Shown piece after piece: positions 55,540 to 64,000 of a stretch of DNA of 64,000 bases (position 1 is the stretch's first letter; each line of letters starts with the position of its first letter). A program made the translations under genes and the position numbers. The notes below the pieces were generated by a model that made no database searches, had not been told where the DNA came from, and was given only the letters and a program-made list of their open reading frames with translations. The DNA lies in the NCBI GenBank assembly GCA_049724395.1, contig JAUGWO010000102.1:248001-312000 (forward strand), given 5' to 3'. This stretch comes from Spongospora subterranea f. sp. subterranea. Lineage: Eukaryota.

Positions 55540-57433
55540 CTAGGTTGACGGTTGCTCAATTTTTGCAATTATTCGTTCAAAAAAATCGCATGATTTTTTC
55601 ACTTGACTGGAGAGAAATGCAAAATTGGCTGCAGTGTCACTCTGCATATTACCTTCCTTATTTTCGGAATTTTCCAGTTCATCCATGTACATGTGCAGCC
55701 TTTGGAAAAGGCTGTCGAACGCGGTAACAAGCTGTACGAATCAAATATATAATCATCACAGCGTCCCGACGTAAACTCCATACCTGCCCTATCTGATGAA
55801 CATCGTCCTCATTGATAAGATCAGGCTTGAGCTTTGATTTTTTTTGTGCAGCTTTAACAGTTCTCGACCGGATCTTGCGCCTGAAGTAAGGTTTCGAAGA
55901 GCGCAATTGCTGTTGATTTTAAGCTCATGATTATGAATTTACAAGAGGCATACCTGGATTTGCAGCTTCAAATGCGTGTTTTCTTTGCCGAGTTCGTTGA
56001 TCGAATGATTCTTTGTAGAAATTTCTCGTTTATTTCGTTTGATGGTTTTTGTCAAATCAGCGATGTCGGAAAACCCAAACGAGGACAAAAATTCTTGAAA
56101 GTCGTGGGTTAAATCTGGCGTCGTTATTTGTGGTGATGGGATGATGACCTGCAACACATTAGACTTCTTTCCAGTATCTGGCGCATAATTACTGTTTTGG
56201 TACTGGAATGTTCATGGACCGGCGCTGCACGAGCTTGAGCCCATGCACTCGGTCTCACCTGAACATTGCTCGGCACTTTGGCTGTGGCCCATTTGGCCAT
56301 CAAAGGGTCTCCATGCTAAATGCAGACATATAGCCTGTCGAATGGAATATGAACGCGTTCACTGACCTTGCTATCTTGCCTATTGACCAAAATAGATTTC
56401 AAGTGAGCGACCAATGCCACATCTAATCCAGGATTGTCATCGATGGTGATTGAGCACAGCGATTGATTGATTTGCAGCATTTCAATCAGTGCACAAATGG
56501 CGACATTTGTGAGCTGATTTGAGCTAAGATTGATATCCAGAACCCATTTGTCGTCTGTCAGAGCCTCGATCAAGCTAGGATACTCAGTAAAAGCATCACG
56601 AATTCAAATATATCTCATACCATTTAACCCCAATATCGCCAAGGCGGTTATCTTGTAAGTCCACACTCAGGACGCCCAATGTAGACATACCCGGCATTCC
56701 ATCATTGTCACGTAATCTATATTGCCATTTCGCCACATCTCGACGAATATTATGATTGGAGATTACATCGCTGAAATGAGAAGCGCTACTCTCGTTGAGC
56801 CCGCAATTGATGAAGTGCCAGTGAGTGATCTCAGATGATATTAGCTGTTGCATTATTCCTAATTCAAATATATTAGCGTTGAATATGAGCGCAAACAATA
56901 TTGATTACTGGATAACAGCCCAGAATCTAATACCACATTTCTTATAAATATCGATTTCAGTGTCTTCAATGAGCCCTTTACTATTGCAGGAATCCGCTTT
57001 GCAATACATGGAGTTACAGAATCGAATTCTACACACGTTAGTTCATGGTTACGACTTAGACCTCGGATAAGGTTTTTTGCAAGCTCATTTTCGGTTGACC
57101 GTGTCGATGACGGCAAACTATTAACACGAGCCTTTGTGTGTAGACGTTGTCGTTCTGAATTGGAGATGCGAACGACTTTGAACGTTGGTACAGCATATAA
57201 TACTTTGAATAATGATTCGGCGATAAATGCAGTGGTTGAATGGATATCGATATCAAGGGTATCTTCCCCTAGCAGTCTCATGACGGAATCAGTAACCTGC
57301 ACATGCTATGCTATCAGTGATGACAGGTTCGAAGAGCAACGCCCCCGACCTGAACGGATCGAGCATCACATTTTTGTTTGAACAGCGTCTGTTTGGCATT
57401 GTAATCTTGAAATGTCTGTAATTTAGTTGACAT
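55540..57433 (-). CDS. CEP78: Centrosomal protein 78-like LRR protein, multi-exon
   Basis: ISNHNIRRDVAKWQYRLR, LQDNRLGDIGVK/CLIEALTDDKWVLDINLSSNQLTN...LIEMLQINQSLCSITIDDNP, followed by coiled coil. Confidence 0.8.
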
Positions 57434-57892
57434 TTTATTATGAACAATGGCAGCAGTGAGAGCTCTCCTAGCCAATCCACTCAAAGAGAACAGAATTTCA
57501 GTTACTGAACACTACTGTAACTGAACAAGCGGCACACTGGGCCTTATACCTATACTGCTCTGTGAGACTGTGCCCAAGTGGGCAAGGCTGACGAGGAGAG
57601 ACAGGTTACCGGGGCTGACAGACAAGGATAAGCGGGAAAGGTGGGGTGATGGGCCCCGGTTGTTGACAATAAAACGGTGGATGGACCGGGTATTTATTTA
57701 ATGGCAGATAGGTTGTCGTCCGAAGAGGTTCATGTAATTCGACAAGTTGGTGAAGACAGCCAACAGTGAGAGACGACGCTGAGTCTGTCAGCGATTCCTG
57801 ACGAAGCATGACGCTTAGCCAATGTCGAGATCATGAAGAACATGTACGCCGACATGACTGGATTTATATCTTTTTTTTTTGTATGTACAAAA

Positions 57893-57975
57893 TTGCACGA
57901 TTATTTGCACGATTATTGTTTTGTCCAAGGTGCACTATTATGTGCACTATGTGGCGCTAATACGCACTATTGCAC
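57893..57975. repeat. Short degenerate tandem repeats (tgcacgattat / gtgcactattat)
   Basis: ttgcacgattatttgcacgattat and gtgcactattatgtgcactat directly before the 58-kb inverted repeat. Confidence 0.7.
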
Positions 57976-58443
57976 ACCTGGCGCTTGGATCAAACTCCAG
58001 AGACTGCAGCAACATCTGCTGTCCAAAAAAAGGACGAGGTATTCATAAGGATTACGGCGAGCACCAAGTCAAATGCTGGAAAAGCGCAACGGTGCCAGAG
58101 GAGTACGTCGGACATGCACCACCGGGGAGGCCCAAAAGCATAAAGCAGTGGAGCGAAAAAGGTACCAATCCGACGCGTACAAACGCGCGCGCCCGAACAC
58201 GTGTGTTCAAACGCCTGGAAGAAGTCAATTGTACGCGTAGGATTGGTACTTTTTTCGCTCCACTGCTTTATGCTTTTAAGCCTCCGCCGGTGGTGCATGT
58301 GCGACGTACTCCTCTGTCACCGTTGCGCTTTTCCAAAATTTGACTTGGTGCTCGTCGTAATCCTTATGAATGCCTCGACCCTTTTTGGACAGCAGATGTT
58401 GCTGCAGTCTCAGGAGGTTGATCCAAGCGCCAGGGTGTGCAAT
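57969..58443. repeat. Long imperfect inverted repeat: arms 57969-58182 and 58229-58443, ~46-nt loop
   Basis: attgcacacctggcgcttggatcaa...acgcgtacaa vs ttgtacgcgt...ttgatccaagcgccagggtgtgcaat. Confidence 0.96.
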
Positions 58444-58446
58444 CGC

Positions 58447-58559
58447 AACCGCCTTGGCGATATTGGGTTAAATGGTATGAGATATATTTGAATTCGTGAT
58501 GCTTTTACTGAGTATCCTAGCTTGATCGAGACAAATGGGTTCTGGATATCAATCTTAGC
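58447..58559 (+). repeat. Inverted duplicate of a CEP78 exon-intron-exon segment (source 56523-56649)
   Basis: Identical to the reverse complement of 56523-56649 except a 1-nt and a 13-nt deletion; contains the whole 46-nt intron gtatgag...tcctag. Confidence 0.95.
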
Positions 58560-59218
58560 ACATAAGGTTGCGCTTTTCCAGGATGTGGACATGCATAGGC
58601 GTACCGTATTAGAAATGATCGGTCGTGGGGTGTCTCCGGATTATGGCGTTTTAAGGCGTCGTACGTCCAAGATGCAAACGTTCGTGCAACCTCCCATGCG
58701 TAGGTACGACAGCTGGTGGTGTTACCGTCGAACAACAGATCTGGTAATTGGACGCGTCATGAAAATAAGAGACGTCCCTGTTGGAACGAGAAGATGGGTG
58801 ACGTTTGAACGCCCTATTTTCAATTAAACTTTTAGGTTTTCTTAAATCGAGGTTAATCGCCAAGCCACATTGCTATTTTACCGAGAACTGCATGAAGTTT
58901 TTTTGATGAACACGCTGCTGATGAACCCTTGATGCTGCTTGTTTACGCAAAAAAAAATCGAATTCCTGTCGTATAAACGGCAGTTATGGTTTAAACTGGG
59001 TTCTCAAAAACTTGGCGAAAAATAAGCAGCAAAAATATAACGTGATAAGCAGCGGCTCATGCTCTTCTCTCATTACGATTGCTACAGTATTACCGATCGG
59101 CCAAATGAATTTGATTGACACATGGTTGATTGTTCACTAAAGTGTACATACCCTACGATGCCCGTCTGGGTGTGTGTACACTTCATAAGACTCATGAAGT
59201 CATGAACCTCATTATCAT

Positions 59219-60319
59219 ATGACCTCTCTGAGACACGCTCATCCTGAACCATTCGTCGAGATTGTCGAAAGCCGAGACCTCGCTATGTCTCTGAGTACTG
59301 CATCCAACCATACGGCTCCCAGCTCCTGGACAGCACAGCATGATTTTCCAAAGTCACGACGAACACGTACGATATCCGGAACTTATTTCGATGGTTTATA
59401 TAACGACCTGCTTCATTCTTGGCACAACTCCTCTGAGCCTCGACCTGATCCAAGCAATATCACTGATGACGATGCAGCGTTGAACAACTTTGATCACAAA
59501 GCTGTAGACGATTTGGCAAAATGCATAATTGCCAAGAAAACAGATCGTTCTGAAGACACGCTCTCGTCCCGACCTCCATTAGATCAAGACATATTTAGCG
59601 GATTCCCAGTTATCAATATGTTTACTGCTACTGTCTAACATATTTTGTTGTCCTATCGGGGCTGAAGTGCGACTGGTTTGTGTGTTTTCTTGAGATTTCT
59701 CCGACGGACTCGATAGGTCCGTTCATTTTTATTGATGACCTTTTGACGATCAGGATGGCCTCTGATGATACTGAAGCCTGGCTACTGATAGGCGATCATG
59801 AAGATATATTAGTTTCCAGCCTATGACTTAGAAATTAAATCTGAACAATCACTACACATTGCGGCCACGGTTGCAGAAATCAAAGCTCGCATTAACCAAA
59901 TTGATTCAGAGAGTCGCAACAACGACACTACCGTGTCATCCCTTCGGCGCCAACTGCAAAAGCTTACATTCGCTCAAACCAAGCATTTAGATCCCGATGC
60001 GATTGCCTGTAGCTGCTGTGGACTAAAAATCGCTGTCATCTCTGATATTGTGTCAAGATCATATCGAGGCCAAAGCGGACCAGCGATTCTGCTCCGAAAC
60101 GCTACCAACGTCAACATTGGAGAAAAATATGACCAGATTCTTTTGACAGGATTATATACGACTGCCTCAGCTTCTTGTGAAGGATGCGGCAAGGTTTTGG
60201 GCTGGGCTTATATACATGCTCGCAATTTCACTCAGCGGTTTAAGGAAGGGATGTTCTGTCTAGAGAAAGCATACATTCTCGAGCATGTCGATAATCTGAA
60301 ACTAGTCGCTGCGAATTGA
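59219..60319 (+). CDS. Yippee/Mis18-family zinc-binding protein with long N-terminal extension
   Basis: CSCC...IVSRSYRGQSGPAILL...NV...LLTGLYT...CEGCGKVLGWAY...QRFKEGMFCLEK. Linkage of the 59219 exon is inferred. Confidence 0.85.
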
Positions 60320-60344
60320 GACGCTCAATAATTACAAGGATATT

Positions 60345-61701
60345 CTAGTCAAACAATTTTAGTAAAGTAATCTCATTACTATCATAGCATGACACAGCTA
60401 TGGTGCTGCAAGGAATATTGGCGACGACACCTGTCAGCAAACCAGGAGAAGCAACTAGGTTCGATAGGCATTCAATTTTGAGGGCGTCATCTGGCATGCT
60501 ATAAACGGAGACAAATGTGTCTTCAGAGACGCACACGATTCGACTGCCAGTTGGATCAATTGCTACTGAATTGATCGCTCGAGTGTGTGCTGTTATCTAG
60601 ACCCATTTCAGAATACAACAGGATGTGCAGCTCTGGAATACCTCGGCATGAGTCTCGTTCCTATATCAAATAGGAGTATAAATTGATTATAAAAATAAGC
60701 TGAGATGCGGTTTTCTGGAACCTGGAATCGAAGACCCGAACATGGCCTGACAGGAATCCAGCGACAACGATCGATTTATGGACCGCGACGCTATTGCATC
60801 GTGATTGAAAGCTGCCCAATGTAGCAGCGACCGTTAAGGTGGCGAGGTTCCAGATCAATATTGTGCCTCTGACATCGGCAGATACTCTGTTGCGCGTCAA
60901 TCGCATCAGTGATTGAGCTCAATTTAATGAATTGGTTTTGATGGAGAATAATTACAGGATTGGAGACTCATTGCTATATTCGTTGACGATATCCGTGATC
61001 GGGTCGTGATGGACATCAATCCCCGCGGCCAGGGAGTTAAGTTTGGCCAACTGATTCTGCAAAACAGTGAACGCTAGGATTTCTCCTGTATATGTACCGA
61101 TAAAAAGTTGTTCAGCACCATTGCCGGCAATGCCGCGTAGTGATTCGAGGATATCTGATCCCCAGACAATTTAGCATTGAGTGCAAACGTTGTTGAAAAA
61201 CATCATCAAATGCACCTACTTTCAGAGCTACCGCTAAATCTGTAGAAATGCAACAACTTGAGCCCAGTATGGTTGTATATCTGAATTAAGCCTGAATTCG
61301 TCACTAAGACAAGTACATGACCAAATGCTAATTGAACCCATTTCGCTTGGGCTATAATGTCGTTCTCCTCAAAAGGTACCTGACGAAACTCAATGGTTAA
61401 TTCTATGATGTTTATCAGTCAATCTTTACCATTGTTGCATCTGCTATTAATACATCCTCATCGAGTCCCCGGTTTCTTGGACAGAAGCAATCGATCTGTA
61501 ATAATGCTGGTGTCTACAATAACCACTCTACAGCCAATAATTAGTTGGCTATCTATGCACGAGCAAAGACACCCGTGATAATTCATACTGGTTCTTGTGA
61601 ACAAAAGAGAGCCCACGACACTCGGATATATACGAGAGATTATTCGGCAGAAGGGAGGCAGAAAATGGGCAGGAAAGTCTAGCGATCACAGATAGAGGCA
61701 T
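60345..61701 (-). CDS. WDR54: WD repeat protein 54-like, multi-exon
   Basis: SASLLPNNLS, QAKWVQL...VLVLVTNSGLIQIY, LRGIAG...LFIGTYTGEILAF, C-terminal LLTGV...AVSCYDSNEI. Confidence 0.75.
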
Positions 61702-62065
61702 TCAAGCGAGATTGATTAGGTATCTATGACGAGCGTTTATCTACAAATGAGTTAGCCGACATGGCGACACACAGAACTCGATAACAGCCGATCAGCATCG
61801 TCATCAGGTATCACACGTTCTCAGGATGGAGAACTGCCGCCCTGATCCTGCTCGGCTACTACCGACGTCTCTAACAGCGACCAACGGCGCGTTCCATTTA
61901 CGACCAAGAAATAAAAGTCAACAAACTCAATAACGTCAAAGCATCGACAGACAGATGTTAGAAAAGCTGTCTAAATACGAACTCGTATTGGGGCAGACGA
62001 GATTTGAATTTACGAGATATCGCCGTTTATTTTTCTTAAGGGTTACCATATTTCGTCAAAACTGC

Positions 62066-62272
62066 TTAGCCTTTATCGCCGAATCGAGGGCTTGTCGCCA
62101 TCGGGGACTTCCCTTTCTTTTTCTTTATATGGTCGTTGTACATGTACAGCGCAACAGCGATCGCCAATCCTCCCATGCCGAGCTTGGCATTGGTCGAAAA
62201 CCCTGTCTTCACCGTCTTCTCCATCGGTACCAACTGTATGAATTTGCGAAACTTTGATTTTGGCCCACTCAT
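62066..62272 (-). CDS. Possible 68-aa single-TM microprotein
   Basis: MSGPKSKFRKF...LGMGGLAIAVALYMY followed by KKKKGK. Confidence 0.4.
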   Translation of the reverse strand: MSGPKSKFRKFIQLVPMEKTVKTGFSTNAKLGMGGLAIAVALYMYNDHIKKKKGKSPMATSPRFGDKG

Positions 62273-62414
62273 TTTTCATCTCCGAAACAACGTAGGCCTT
62301 GCAACGGATAGTTTTGAGGTCGTCATCATTTGTGTGAGATGCCGGCCTGGTGTTGGGCCGGTGGATCGTTTATGAGTACATCAGGCGAGTTCCCATTATT
62401 GGACTATTTGATAT

Positions 62415-64000
62415 ATGGCTAATGTCAACGATGGTGAGGTGATTAGCCAAACGAGGACCGACAAGTGCTGCGTGAAAGAAGGCGATAATAGTGACCATGT
62501 CAAAGATGTAATTAGGGTTGTTCCTGACCGCGCCGTATTTTCGGAGAGCAAAACGTCATTGAACATATCGATTTCAAACTCGAGTAAGACGTCCCATCAT
62601 ATTCGATTAATAAGACCGCTATCACCATATTTTACGCTCGTAAATCATGACGCTATATCGGTTCGTCTGGCGCCTGGCCTCAAATTTACTGTCAAGCTGC
62701 GGCTGAATGTGTCGAATTTGCGGTCGGGCGACCGATCCCTAGAATCAGATACAAAAACTGGGTCTAACCAGGTCAACAGTGAAGACATTTTCGATCGATT
62801 TATTGTGCAAAGCGAAATCGGCGAAACCACAATACCAATCAAATTCGAAAGGAATCGGGGGGATATCCGTCTAGAAAGCGCAATCGATCTGGGAATCACT
62901 AATATCGGCAATACAGCGACATACGTCCTGAAATTACGAAATCAGGGAACGGCTGAAGCCGAATTCACTGTATTGGATGACGAGGCCGAAGCAGAAGATG
63001 ACATAAAAGTTACTGTGATTCCACGTTCAGGCAAAGTCAAAGCACGATCGATATCACATGTAAAGGGACAGTTCTTGATCAGCCCAGGTTTTTGAACATC
63101 ATTACTATAGGTCCGGTTAGAAGTCTTGGCAACCTCAACAGGAGTGTTCAACCGAATTTTGTCCTTTAGACTAAACGATCGGATGCATCGAGTGGAACTA
63201 TGCGGGGAATTTGTAGAAAGCAGATTAGAAATTATCGATACCACATTGAAGACATCATCGAAAGCGATTGATTTTGGGAAGGCATATTTTGGGGTTAATC
63301 TTGAGCAAATAAGGACGCTAGTCAATAGCAGTCCAAATACCTGCACATTCCGAGTGGCAACTCAAGAGCAGCAAGATCCCCCCGGGGGATCGGGGGGATC
63401 TGAAAACAACACCATTGAGCTTCTGAACGCAACAGGTTCTGGAATGGATCCACCTGCTATATCTGTATCTCCACAAGAAGGGGTATTAGGGCCATATTCT
63501 AGTATTTCAGTGCGATTTCGTTTTCGCCCTAGGCAAGGCGAGCTAAAAACGGGGTTCAAAAGCCAGATACCAGGAGGAACAGTAAACTTATACCACATTA
63601 TGGTACAGTTTGTTGCTGTTGGCGATATTGAACGATCAGTGTCCATTCATATACGTGGTGTGGCTGCCGCACCGTTCTTCAGTTTTTCTCACGACAGTCT
63701 TAATCTGGGGCAATGTCCGGTGAATGAAAGGCGTGACGCGATTATCAAGCTCGAAAACCACTGCGACGATTTAGGTTTACCATTCACGATCAAAGACGTT
63801 CCTCACTTTCATTCGTATCCAAAAATGGGGAATATTCCAGCTTTACAAAGCCGGGATATCATTATATCCTTCGTGCCCCGTCAACTTGGCGCATTCGAGA
63901 ATATATTGCAATTTGAATTAGGTGGTGAACAGAAATTCGAGTTTCGAGTTTCAGGAAGTTCACCGTCCATCTCCAAGCCAGAAAAAAACACCTCCTCTGA
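62415..64000 (+). CDS. CFAP47: Cilia- and flagella-associated protein 47-like (ASH/Hydin-type Ig repeats), truncated at window end
   Basis: IRLIRP...LAPGLKF, IDLG...LRNQG, IDFGKAYFG...LVNSSP, FHSYPKMGNI...ISFVPRQLGAF. Confidence 0.8.

Overview
Gene-dense eukaryotic DNA with many short (~45-130 nt) GT-AG introns. Ciliary genes (BBS7, CEP78, CFAP47) imply a flagellated stage. Overall style suggests a compact protist genome, possibly a plasmodiophorid (Rhizaria); this is a tentative inference, not shown by the sequence. Gene calls come from motif recognition by eye, with no database searches, and multi-exon coordinates are gene spans. Recognisable genes: BBS7 (partial), Rab escort protein, an EHD/dynamin-like GTPase, a frameshifted ARMH2-like gene, a GRK convergent with an atypical G-alpha, STRIP/Far11, ARFRP1, TNPO3, PHF5A, PEX13, DUS2, APC15-like, NDUFB10, MIOS, a glycosyltransferase, PGS1, UBC13, a coiled-coil/Ig/PH/mu-homology protein, an EF-hand protein, CEP78, a Yippee protein, WDR54 and CFAP47 (partial), plus a dead DD39D mariner fragment. 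The most striking unexplained signal is a set of unrelated, long, imperfect inverted repeats in several of the larger intergenic gaps (16.2-17.0 kb, 20.2-20.8 kb, 58.0-58.4 kb) and a pre-miRNA-sized stem-loop at 19.8 kb. These look like hairpin-RNA/small-RNA precursor loci. One is joined to a near-identical, intron-containing copy of part of the neighbouring CEP78 gene.
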